A DNA stretch of 64,000 nt from Alphaproteobacteria bacterium (GTDB taxonomy: Bacteria > Pseudomonadota > Alphaproteobacteria > SMXS01), in NCBI GenBank assembly GCA_046290575.1, contig JBKAGX010000012.1, forward strand, positions 396 through 64,395, written 5' to 3'. Below, one piece after another: positions 18,563 to 28,685 of the stretch (the stretch's first letter is position 1; every line of letters starts with the position of its first letter). Under the pieces are notes generated by a model. The model was given only the letters and a program-made list of their open reading frames with translations. It made no database searches and was not told where the DNA came from. Both the position numbers and the translations under genes were made by a program.

Positions 18563-18868
18563 TTATGACCTTATTTCAAAGCCTTCTTGGGGCTCTTCCT
18601 TGCAGGGGTCCGTAATCACCGATACCGGTCGGGACCCCGGCGGACCGATATAGCAGCGCATCTGCATATCGATCACATTCCCTAACTCGCCGGAGAACAC
18701 GGCTTCCACCGTGCCGTCAGAACAGTTGCGCACCCAGCCGCTGATGTCACGCGATTGCGCTTCTCGCATCACCCAGGCGCGGAAGCCAACACCCTGAACG
18801 CGGCCTTCAATGCGGGATATGACGGTACGGACTGGCAAACTAAAGCCTTTCGATCCATGTTCACTCAT
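18563..18868 (-). CDS. acylphosphatase
   Basis: GRVQGVGFRAWV and GWVRNCSDGTVEAVFSG motifs. About 100 aa. Confidence 0.85.
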   Translation of the reverse strand: MSEHGSKGFSLPVRTVISRIEGRVQGVGFRAWVMREAQSRDISGWVRNCSDGTVEAVFSGELGNVIDMQMRCYIGPPGSRPVSVITDPCKEEPQEGFEIRS

Positions 18869-18944
18869 ATGCTACCAGCCAACGAGCGAACAGGCTGGTA
18901 ATTTTTCTTATTCGACCTGACAAAACTGATGACGAGGTTTTCTC

Positions 18945-19274
18945 ATGAATAGTACGGGATACAGGATCACTCTCTTTGGCGCCGCACTCTTTGTGGTTCT
19001 CGCCGGCACACACGCCGCGGAATCCAGAGCAGGTCAATGGCAGGTGCTGAACTGCACAAACGGAACCATCAAAGCAACGGTCTGTTCGTCCGGTCAGGAA
19101 AACATAAGCAAAGGGCGAAGCCATCAGTGGCAGATCGACAAATCCAGATGCGACATTATCGCCCGGGACGCGGGAAGCAGCAGGATGCAGAAGGTGACGA
19201 GCAGACCGCCGGGCACCTATGCGGTCAAAGAGGCCTCTAGCAGCAAATTCTCTATCACTGCGGGCAATTGTTAG
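18945..19274 (+). CDS. small secreted Cys-containing hypothetical protein
   Basis: 109 aa with signal peptide ITLFGAALFVVLAGTHA and four Cys residues. Preferred over the antisense ORF 18861..19286, which lacks any signal or motif. Confidence 0.45.
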   Translation: MNSTGYRITLFGAALFVVLAGTHAAESRAGQWQVLNCTNGTIKATVCSSGQENISKGRSHQWQIDKSRCDIIARDAGSSRMQKVTSRPPGTYAVKEASSSKFSITAGNC

Positions 19275-19316
19275 GCGGACAAACAAGTGATAGCCGGGAT
19301 GCCGGCCAGAAGGTCG

Positions 19317-21302
19317 CTACTCGAATTCCATGATCACCTGATCGACCTTCAGGCTGTCACCCGGTTCAGCAGCGATCTTGGAGACAACCGCCTGCTTTTC
19401 AGCCCGCAGGATGTTTTCCATCTTCATCGCCTCGACCACCGCCAGCGCCTGTCCCGGGAACACTTCCTCCCCTTCTTCAACCCCGATGGAGACCACGAGC
19501 CCCGGCATTGGGCACAGCAGCATCTTTGAGGTATCCGGCGGGATCTTTTCGGGCATCAGCGCTGCATAGGCAGCGACCTGCGACGAATAGACGGACACGT
19601 CACAGGTAACGCCGTCATGGATCATTTCACGGCCCCGGGATGTCCGCTCAATGGCAACGGTAAACGGCTCATTGTTTACAAGGCCTTTGAGCAGCGGATC
19701 GCCCGGGCGCCAATCGGTCTGGATGTTGACGAACCGGCCGTCCAGCATGATATCCCATCCCAGGCGCGCCTCTTCAACGCGGGCCGGGTGACTCTCACCG
19801 TCCAGTTCAACCAGCCATTCGGCATTGGAATCAGGCAGCGTACCGGACAAGCGGCCGGAGACCGTCTGTTCGCGGATGCGTTCCAACTGATGGGTCAACG
19901 CGGCCACACCGATCAACAGGTCGCGTGCGTCATTGGAAAGCGCGCCACCTTCAAAGCCGTCGGGATACTCCTCGGCGATGAAATTGGTCGACAGGCGGCC
20001 TTCCTGGAACCGTGGATGCGCCATTACCGCTGACAGGAAGCTGATATTATGGCTGATACCACGGATGTAGTATTCGTCCAGCGCCAGCCGCATGCGAGCA
20101 ATCGCCTCCTCGCGTGTCGGTGCATGCGTACACAGCTTGGCGATCATCGGATCGTAGAACATGCTGATCTCCGCACCCTCGTAGATGCCGGTATCGATGC
20201 GCACGCCATCCACGTCGTCCGGCAGCGCGTATTTCGTGATGCGCCCGATGGACGGCAGGAAGTTGCGCAGCGGGTCTTCCGCGTAGACACGGGATTCGAC
20301 GGCCCAGCCGGTGAGTTCAATATCGTCCTGCGTCAGGTTGAGCGGCTCACCCGCAGCAGACCGGATCATCTGTTCGACCAGATCGACGCCTGTGATCAGC
20401 TCAGTGACCGGGTGTTCCACCTGCAGCCGGGTGTTCATTTCCAGGAAGTAAAACCCGCCCTGAGGGTCGACGATCATCTCCACCGTCCCGGCGCTGTCGT
20501 AATCCACCGCCTGGGATAGCGCGACAGCCTGTTCGCCCATCGCCTTGCGGATTTCCGGCGTCAGGAACGGGCTGGGCGCCTCTTCAATCACCTTCTGATG
20601 GCGACGTTGAATGGAACATTCGCGTTCGCCCAGATAGATCACATTGCCATGCTTGTCGCCCAGCACCTGGATCTCGATATGGCGCGGATCTTCAATGAAT
20701 TTTTCGACGAACACGCGGTCGTCGCCAAAGCTCGATACCGCCTCATTGGTCGCGGAGGTAAAACCGTCGCGCGCTTCTTCATCGTTATAGGCGATGCGCA
20801 TGCCCTTGCCGCCGCCACCGGCGGAGGCCTTGATCATCACCGGATAGCCGATGTCGCTGGCGATCTTGACCGCCTCATCCTCATCGGCGATCACGCCCAT
20901 ATAGCCGGGCACCGTTGACACGCCGGCTTCCGCCGCCAGTTTCTTCGATTCGATCTTGTCGCCCATGGCCGCGATGGCATGCGGGTTGGGGCCGATAAAG
21001 GCGATGCCGGCCTCTTTTAACGCCTCAGCGAAATGCGTGTTCTCGGACAAGAAGCCATAGCCGGGATGAACCGCATCGGCGCCAGTCTCCTTGATGGCGG
21101 CCAGGATCTTGTCCATGACCAGGTAGCTTTCCGCGGCGGGCGGCGGGCCGATATGGACGGCCTCGTCGGCCATCTGCACATGCAGTGCGTCCCGGTCGGC
21201 ATCGGAATAGACCGCGACGGTCGCGATACCCATCTTGCGCGCGGTCTTGATAACCCGACAGGCGATTTCGCCGCGATTGGCGATCAGGATCTTATTGAAC
21301 AT
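19317..21302 (-). CDS. pccA: propionyl-CoA (acyl-CoA) carboxylase alpha subunit: biotin carboxylase plus BCCP
   Basis: 661 aa with MFNKILIANRGEIACRVI, an ATP-grasp domain, and the C-terminal biotinylation motif EAMKMEN. Confidence 0.9.
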   Translation of the reverse strand: MFNKILIANRGEIACRVIKTARKMGIATVAVYSDADRDALHVQMADEAVHIGPPPAAESYLVMDKILAAIKETGADAVHPGYGFLSENTHFAEALKEAGIAFIGPNPHAIAAMGDKIESKKLAAEAGVSTVPGYMGVIADEDEAVKIASDIGYPVMIKASAGGGGKGMRIAYNDEEARDGFTSATNEAVSSFGDDRVFVEKFIEDPRHIEIQVLGDKHGNVIYLGERECSIQRRHQKVIEEAPSPFLTPEIRKAMGEQAVALSQAVDYDSAGTVEMIVDPQGGFYFLEMNTRLQVEHPVTELITGVDLVEQMIRSAAGEPLNLTQDDIELTGWAVESRVYAEDPLRNFLPSIGRITKYALPDDVDGVRIDTGIYEGAEISMFYDPMIAKLCTHAPTREEAIARMRLALDEYYIRGISHNISFLSAVMAHPRFQEGRLSTNFIAEEYPDGFEGGALSNDARDLLIGVAALTHQLERIREQTVSGRLSGTLPDSNAEWLVELDGESHPARVEEARLGWDIMLDGRFVNIQTDWRPGDPLLKGLVNNEPFTVAIERTSRGREMIHDGVTCDVSVYSSQVAAYAALMPEKIPPDTSKMLLCPMPGLVVSIGVEEGEEVFPGQALAVVEAMKMENILRAEKQAVVSKIAAEPGDSLKVDQVIMEFE

Positions 21303-21320
21303 TATCAGCGTTCCCCGGCC

Positions 21321-22853
<1,533 letters not shown>

Positions 22854-23062
22854 GGCATCCCCCGAAACTACATGTTCGTCTTATTCGTGAACGGCCCTGA
22901 ACGGGCCCCGTGCATGGCGGCGCACATTAAAGCAAGGTTCAAGGATTTGTAACAGTTTCCGGTCATCTTTGCCGGATTGCAGGTCCTGATGATAGGATGT
23001 CTGGACGAGGCCGGATAATGAATCTGGGCATGGATGGGGCGCTCCGACTGGAGGGACATCTG

Positions 23063-23701
23063 ATGACCATAAAAAATCTGCCGGCAGTGGTACTCGCCTG
23101 CCTTCTCATGACCGGCACAAACCTGCCGAGCAAGGCCCAGGAGCGGCCGGACTCCACCGTGGGCCAGATTGTGCTCAACAACGCCAAGAAGGCTGCGGGC
23201 CGAAACGCCTCCACCGTTTGCACGTTGGCCGCCAATGTCGTCTGGAACAAATCGCTGCACCGCAACGATGCGCGGGGTATCCACAACAGGCGCTGCCATC
23301 CGGACCGGGCGCGGCATATCCGGATTGACGGTCCGGTCGCCGCCGGCACGCGTCTTCAATTCTTCAACAACCGCAACGCCTCGACCACAAAGCCCGGCGA
23401 CAGCAGCTTCGCTCAGATTACGATTTTGCAGGACATCGCGCCAGGCCAGCAATTGATAATCGGCTCGTTCGAAGCGTTCCAGCGCAATCCACTGTTCTAC
23501 GCTGCGTCATATTGCAATATGCGCCGCGACGGTCGCCGCTGGTGCCCCTTCCGGGACGATGACTATCTGGATGGCAAGGTTTCCTACGTTCGGGTCCTGC
23601 CACCCCGGACCAGCGGTCTGGACGAGTTTTCCATCGACGAGGAAACGGTCACGCCCAATGAGTGGCCGGAAAACGACCCGGACACCGACCCGCAATCATA
23701 G
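23063..23701 (+). CDS. hypothetical secreted protein
   Basis: ATG 23063 is preceded by GGAGGG. Signal MTIKNLPAVVLACLLMTGTNLPSKA, acidic tail NEWPENDPDTDPQS. Competes with antisense ORF 22868..23452. Confidence 0.45.
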   Translation: MTIKNLPAVVLACLLMTGTNLPSKAQERPDSTVGQIVLNNAKKAAGRNASTVCTLAANVVWNKSLHRNDARGIHNRRCHPDRARHIRIDGPVAAGTRLQFFNNRNASTTKPGDSSFAQITILQDIAPGQQLIIGSFEAFQRNPLFYAASYCNMRRDGRRWCPFRDDDYLDGKVSYVRVLPPRTSGLDEFSIDEETVTPNEWPENDPDTDPQS

Positions 23702-24391
23702 CCGGGTCAAGTCAACGAATACGGCGGCGGTCAGGATACGCTGGCGCAGGGCCTCGCGGCTTTGGGCCGCTTCCGCGTCCTGACCCCACTGGCTTTCCTG
23801 CCAGAGCTCGTCAAGCTGGCTAAGCTGGAACGCCTCGTCCGGGTCGAGCCTGCCCAGAATGACGGCAAGACCGAGAACCGCCGAGCCGAGCCCGTGGGTC
23901 AACACATTCAGCCCGGTCAGGGCCCAGTCATCGACGGCGTCGATCTGCGCCCGCAGCGCCGCGAGCGCGGCCGCGTCCTGAACAACTGGAACGATCCCCT
24001 GAGTCGTCGCGAGCCCGGCACCCAGATCCTTTTCTGCCCAGTCGAGAACAGGCTGCCAGGCCGCATGCTGCCTCGCCTGTAACTCTGCGGGCCCTTCCGC
24101 GCGGTAACACAGCAGGTCGGTCTCCGTATAGCCAGCGATGGTATCGACGATTTCGCCGCGGCGCCTGCCGATGAGTTCGATGGCTGCATTGGCGAAACCC
24201 GTTAGCGGCATGGATGCCGGATCGAGCTTCTCGCCCTGCGCGTCCCATTCTTCCGCGATACGGGTTGCAAGCGCTTGCGTAGGCAGGGTGAGCAGCAGTT
24301 TGCCCGGTGTTCGGACGTCACGCCCATCCAGCTGGACGCGGAACCCGTCCTCAACCGGCACCGTGGCGACGTCTGTCCAGAAGCGCTTCAT
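23696..24391 (-). CDS. ATP12-family F1-ATPase assembly chaperone
   Basis: 231 aa: MKRFWTDV....DGF.V.LDGR.V.TPG...L.LPT..LA..IA.EW.AQ, typical of ATP12/ATPAF2 homologues. Confidence 0.8.
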   Translation of the reverse strand: MKRFWTDVATVPVEDGFRVQLDGRDVRTPGKLLLTLPTQALATRIAEEWDAQGEKLDPASMPLTGFANAAIELIGRRRGEIVDTIAGYTETDLLCYRAEGPAELQARQHAAWQPVLDWAEKDLGAGLATTQGIVPVVQDAAALAALRAQIDAVDDWALTGLNVLTHGLGSAVLGLAVILGRLDPDEAFQLSQLDELWQESQWGQDAEAAQSREALRQRILTAAVFVDLTRL

Positions 24392-24395
24392 GTGC

Positions 24396-25064
24396 CTATG
24401 CCCAAAGCCCGTTCAGCGTCGGCGCTAATTCGTCGAAATGATCGATCAGCCGGGCGGCCCCCGCGTCCTGCAGCGCCGATACAGGATGGAAGCCCCAGGA
24501 TACGCCGATGGAGGTGACCCGCGCGTTCTGGGCCATTTCGATATCGAACACCGTGTCGCCGACAACCACTGTGTTTTCGCGGGTTGCACCGGTTTCCGCC
24601 ATGCCCTGCTCGACCATGCCCGGATGCGGCTTGCCGGGGGCATTGTTGGGAGTCTGGATCGTTGAAAACACGCCTTCAAACCCGTGCGCGTCGATCAGGT
24701 GATCAACGCCCGGACGCCCTTTGCCAGTCGCGATTCCCAGTACATAACCTGCATCCGCCAGCGCATGGACGGTTTCCTTCGCCGCCGGGAACAGCGGCTC
24801 GTCGATCTCGCCGGCCGCGCGCATACGTCGGTAGATCAGCCGGTAGGTCTGCGCCAGCTCGACATGGTCTCCAGCGGAAAGCTCGGGTGCCAGATGCCGC
24901 ATGGTGACTTCAAGGTTCAAGCCAACCAGGGCGCGCAGAGCAGCTTCCTCCGGCGCCGTTTGGCCATGCTCCCGGAACGTTTCGCCCATTGCCGTGACAT
25001 GGTGCCGCAGGCCGTCAACCAACGTGCCGTCACAGTCGAACAGGATCAGCCGCAACTCATTCAT
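24396..25064 (-). CDS. HAD-IA family hydrolase (phosphoglycolate phosphatase-like)
   Basis: Start at ATG 25064 (MNELRLILFDCDGTLVD) with a DxDGT motif. Its start overlaps the rluC-type gene by 8 nt (GATGAATGA). Confidence 0.82.
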   Translation of the reverse strand: MNELRLILFDCDGTLVDGLRHHVTAMGETFREHGQTAPEEAALRALVGLNLEVTMRHLAPELSAGDHVELAQTYRLIYRRMRAAGEIDEPLFPAAKETVHALADAGYVLGIATGKGRPGVDHLIDAHGFEGVFSTIQTPNNAPGKPHPGMVEQGMAETGATRENTVVVGDTVFDIEMAQNARVTSIGVSWGFHPVSALQDAGAARLIDHFDELAPTLNGLWA

Positions 25065-26022
25065 CGGCAAAAGGGTCTTCTTCGGCGTCCGGGTCGAATT
25101 CAAACAACGCCCAGGTTGCTTTCATGTGATCGGGCAGCGCAGCCGTTACATCCAGCGTGCCACGCTGCGGATGCGGAATGACGATTCGCCGGGCATGCAG
25201 GTGCAGCTTGTTGGATACCCCGTCGAAGAACGCCTCGGTGCCACCATATTTGCCGTCACCGACAATCGGCGTGCCAAGCTGGGCACAGTGCACGCGAAGC
25301 TGATGGGTCCGTCCCGTCACCGGCCGCAGGGCGAGCCATGCCGATTGTTGCCCCGCCTGGTCGATGACGGCGTATTCGGTGATGGCCTTACGGCCTTTCA
25401 TATCAGGCCGGACCAGCTCGATATCCTCACCGCTTTTGTCCAGCAGCGACGTGATCTCGCCCTCGCGCGGGCGGGGCACACCGCGCACCAGCGCCCAATA
25501 GGTCTTTTCCGTCCGGCGATCCTTGAACGCTTCCGCCAGGGCGCTGGCCGCCTTGCGGCTGCGCGCCAGCAGCAACACGCCGCTGGTATCCTTGTCCAGC
25601 CGATGGACAAGCCGGGGCCGTTCTTTCGCCCCAAGGCGCAACGCATCCAGCATGCCATCAAGATGGCGGGAGGTCTTGCTGCCGCCCTGGACAGCCAATC
25701 CAGCAGGCTTGTTGATGGCGATCACCCAATCATCCTTGTAGAGGATTGCATCTTTCAGCTCTTTGGCGTCTTCAGGCCTCACCCGCTGATATTGCGGTTT
25801 CGGACTGGCCTGCTGATCGCCCAGCGGCGGCACGCGGACGGCAGCACCCACGGCAAGCCTGTTATCCGCTTTCGCACGCTTGCCATCCACACGGATCTGA
25901 CCCGTGCGCAACAGCTTCTGCAGCCGTCCGTGGGTGACCACCGGATAATGCTGCTTGAACCAGCGATCGAGACGCATGCCGCCCTCGTCGGACCCGACCG
26001 TGACCGTTTCAACACCGCTCAT
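25057..26022 (-). CDS. RluA/RluC-family pseudouridine synthase
   Basis: Start at ATG 26022 (MSGVETVTV...), which forms an ATGA overlap with the crcB stop. S4-like N-terminus and HRLDKDTSGVLLLA catalytic motif. Confidence 0.88.
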   Translation of the reverse strand: MSGVETVTVGSDEGGMRLDRWFKQHYPVVTHGRLQKLLRTGQIRVDGKRAKADNRLAVGAAVRVPPLGDQQASPKPQYQRVRPEDAKELKDAILYKDDWVIAINKPAGLAVQGGSKTSRHLDGMLDALRLGAKERPRLVHRLDKDTSGVLLLARSRKAASALAEAFKDRRTEKTYWALVRGVPRPREGEITSLLDKSGEDIELVRPDMKGRKAITEYAVIDQAGQQSAWLALRPVTGRTHQLRVHCAQLGTPIVGDGKYGGTEAFFDGVSNKLHLHARRIVIPHPQRGTLDVTAALPDHMKATWALFEFDPDAEEDPFADE

Positions 26023-26402
26023 AACACCGTCCTTACCAGCGCCATCCCGGCAAAGACCGCGGCAACGCAGAGGACTACCGAGGCCATCGCGTACCCCGCG
26101 GCCAGCCCCCACTGATGGCGCTCAACCATCAGGGCCGCTTCCAGAGAGAACGCCGAAAAGGTCGTAAACCCACCCAGCACGCCTGTGACCAACCCGGCCT
26201 GCAGAATGTGAGAGGCTTGAAAGCGCTGCGCCAGGAGCATGGTCACCGTGCCGATCAGAAACGCACCAAGAACATTGACAGCCAACGTCCCCCAGGGAAA
26301 TCCGGGCCCCATAAGCCGCAAGGAGACCCCGCCAACGGCAAACCGGCCCATGGCGCCCACGGCACCACCGGCAGCGACAGCGAGATAGGTTTGCAGCGCC
26401 AT
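26019..26402 (-). CDS. crcB: fluoride channel CrcB
   Basis: 127 aa with four hydrophobic segments, GAMGRF and GGFTTFSAFS motifs. Confidence 0.9.
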   Translation of the reverse strand: MALQTYLAVAAGGAVGAMGRFAVGGVSLRLMGPGFPWGTLAVNVLGAFLIGTVTMLLAQRFQASHILQAGLVTGVLGGFTTFSAFSLEAALMVERHQWGLAAGYAMASVVLCVAAVFAGMALVRTVL

Positions 26403-27349
26403 TATAGAATTCCGAACGTCCAGCCTTCAGTGCGGCGGACCATATCGGACATGGAAGGCGGATTCCAGAAGTCGGGTTCGCCTGCAAGATGGCGCAGCGC
26501 CGCAGCCGTGATCAGCGCATCAGTTTGGTCGTCTGAGTGCGACTTAGGTACATTGTCATCCCCGCGAAGGCGGGGGGCCATGTCGATCATCGCACCAGGT
26601 TTCAAAATGGATCCCCGATCGCGCCGCTCCGCGGCTTCTCGGGGATGACAGTCTAAGCAGGTTTTAAAATAGCTGAGCACTCGATCAAGCCGCGCCTTGT
26701 CCCGCACTTTGCCGGTCCCGGCACCGGCCATGCGGACAAAGGCAGTTGGGAACGTTTCGACCAGTACCAAGTGTGCCCCCTCAATCTCATCGAACGGCCA
26801 GACGGCCACGTTCGTGTGTTGCTTCAGCGCCAGCAAGAACCGCATGCCGGCAAGCGACGACTTGCCCACCTGCCGGGCGCCGACAAGGTTGAAGACCGAT
26901 TCAGGCGTACCCAATCCCTGATCCAGCGTTGCTTGCTCTGCTGCGCGCAACCGCCGCTCGAACAGATCTCCCCGAGTGCCGCGCTGATGAAAGTACCGGT
27001 TATAGGGCGGCGTTTCGGCGAACCGGCCTCCATAAAGGTCGAAATCATCGGCACAGCAGGTTTCCAGCATGGTCCAGAACGCTTGCGGATTTGCGGGGTC
27101 GACTTCAAGGCCGGGGAAGTACGATTTCCGGTCCGCCCGGGGAAAACAAAAAGAGAAGTCCAGCCCACAAAGGACTCGTTTTCCATCAGTGACCTGCGTC
27201 ATCAGCCAGTCTGCAACGCCTGACCGGGTCCAGGGGCCCTCGATCATCGCCAGCCTGCCAGCGCCATCACAGGCTGCAACCTGCAGGCCCGGCAAGCGCG
27301 GCCCCTTGGCGCCTGACCAGTCGATCCCGACAAACAGGTCGAAGGTCAC
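26402..27349 (-). CDS. RNase-H-fold (DUF429-like) hypothetical protein carrying an in-frame repeat-element insertion
   Basis: Probable GTG start at 27349, forming a GTGA overlap with the rarA stop. FVGIDWSGA near the N-terminus; DDQTDALITAAAL and EGWTF near the C-terminus. Family call is from memory only. Confidence 0.6.
   Translation of the reverse strand: MTFDLFVGIDWSGAKGPRLPGLQVAACDGAGRLAMIEGPWTRSGVADWLMTQVTDGKRVLCGLDFSFCFPRADRKSYFPGLEVDPANPQAFWTMLETCCADDFDLYGGRFAETPPYNRYFHQRGTRGDLFERRLRAAEQATLDQGLGTPESVFNLVGARQVGKSSLAGMRFLLALKQHTNVAVWPFDEIEGAHLVLVETFPTAFVRMAGAGTGKVRDKARLDRVLSYFKTCLDCHPREAAERRDRGSILKPGAMIDMAPRLRGDDNVPKSHSDDQTDALITAAALRHLAGEPDFWNPPSMSDMVRRTEGWTFGIL
26543..26657. mobile_element. 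MITE/REP-like palindromic element inside the ORF above
   Basis: Terminal inverted repeats CTTAG..TGTCATCCCCG (26543-26564) and CGGGGATGACAGTCTAAG (26640-26657). Internal hairpins CCCCGC-GAAG-GCGGGG (26560-26575) and GCCGC-TCC-GCGGC (26623-26635). It translates as ...MAPRLRGDDN... Confidence 0.65.
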
Positions 27350-28662
27350 GTGTCCTCGTCGTCCTGCCGCGCGGCGCGCAGCTTGGCCCAATAGTCGAGA
27401 CGCTTGATCACCTCGCGCTCAAAGCCACGGTCGACCGGCTGGTAGAGTTGCTGCCGCTTCATGTCGTCGGGAAAGTAGTTCTGACCGGAGAACCCGTCAT
27501 CGGTGTCATGGTCGTACTGGTAGCCCTTGCCATAGCCGATATCCTTCATCATCGATGTCGGCGCGTTGAGGATGTGCATAGGCGGCATCAGCGATCCGGT
27601 TTCCTTGGCCGCGCGCCCGGCGGCGCTCATCGCCCGGTAGACCGCGTTCGATTTGGGCGCGGTGCACAGATAGATCACCGCCTGGACCAAGCCCAATTCC
27701 CCTTCAGGCGACCCCAGAAAATCATACATGTCTTTGGCGGCCAGCGCCTGCACAAGCGCCTGCGGATCGGCCATGCCGATATCTTCCGCCGCAAAGCGCA
27801 CCAGCCGCCGGGCGATATAGAGCGGCTCTTCACCCCCAGCCAGCATTCGCGCCATGTAATAGAGGGCGGCATCCACATCAGAGCCCCGCAGGCTCTTATG
27901 CAGCGCGCTGATCAGGTTGTAGTGGCCTTCCTGCGCCTTGTCGTAGACCGGCGCCCGGCGTTGGACGACCTGCGCCAGCCCGGCGGTGTCCAGCGGCTCG
28001 GACACATCCAGCACCTCAAGCTCTTCCACCAGATTGTAGAGAAAACGCCCGTCTCCATCGGCCATGGCCTTAAGTGCCGTGCGGGCGTCGTTGGTCAGCG
28101 GCAGATCCCGGCCGACCTCCGCCTCGGCACGCTGCAGCATGGTTTCCAACGCCGCTTCATCCAGCCGGTTCAGCACCAGCACCTGCGCCCGAGAGAGTAA
28201 CGCTGCGTTCAACTCAAAGGACGGGTTTTCCGTGGTCGCGCCGACCAGAATGACCGTGCCATCCTCCACATAGGGCAGGAACGCATCCTGCTGCGACCGG
28301 TTAAAACGGTGGATTTCATCGACGAACAGCAAGGTGCCCTGCCCGCCCTGCCTGCGGCCCTTGGCAGCATCGAACACCTTTCGCAGATCGGCCACACCCG
28401 AAAACACCGCCGATATCTGCTCGAAGTGCAGGTCCACATGATCCGCCAACAGGCGCGCGATGGTCGTCTTGCCGGTCCCCGGCGGCCCCCACAGGACCAA
28501 AGAGGCGATCCGGTGGGCGGCGACCATACGCCCCAGGGGGCCATCTGGCCCAATCAGATGATCCTGTCCGACCACGTCCTCCAGCCGGGCCGGTCTCAGC
28601 CGGTCGGCAAGCGGGCGCGGCGCCGATTCTTCCAGACCGGCGCTTTCAAACAGATTGCTCAT
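27346..28662 (-). CDS. rarA: replication-associated recombination protein A (AAA+ ATPase)
   Basis: 438 aa with Walker A GPPGTGKTT, a LFVDEIHRFN box, and an MgsA-type C-terminal domain. Confidence 0.93.
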   Translation of the reverse strand: MSNLFESAGLEESAPRPLADRLRPARLEDVVGQDHLIGPDGPLGRMVAAHRIASLVLWGPPGTGKTTIARLLADHVDLHFEQISAVFSGVADLRKVFDAAKGRRQGGQGTLLFVDEIHRFNRSQQDAFLPYVEDGTVILVGATTENPSFELNAALLSRAQVLVLNRLDEAALETMLQRAEAEVGRDLPLTNDARTALKAMADGDGRFLYNLVEELEVLDVSEPLDTAGLAQVVQRRAPVYDKAQEGHYNLISALHKSLRGSDVDAALYYMARMLAGGEEPLYIARRLVRFAAEDIGMADPQALVQALAAKDMYDFLGSPEGELGLVQAVIYLCTAPKSNAVYRAMSAAGRAAKETGSLMPPMHILNAPTSMMKDIGYGKGYQYDHDTDDGFSGQNYFPDDMKRQQLYQPVDRGFEREVIKRLDYWAKLRAARQDDEDT

Positions 28663-28685
28663 GGATACAGTGTACCGGCTGGGGC

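Noticed and set aside
22868-23452. 194-aa minus-strand ORF between pccB and ATP12
   Set aside because: It has no RBS, signal or motif. The plus-strand ORF has an RBS and a signal peptide, though that call is itself only moderate in confidence.
26403-26500. Fluoride riboswitch upstream of crcB
   Set aside because: The crcB start overlaps the stop of the preceding ORF, so there is no non-coding leader in which a riboswitch could reside.
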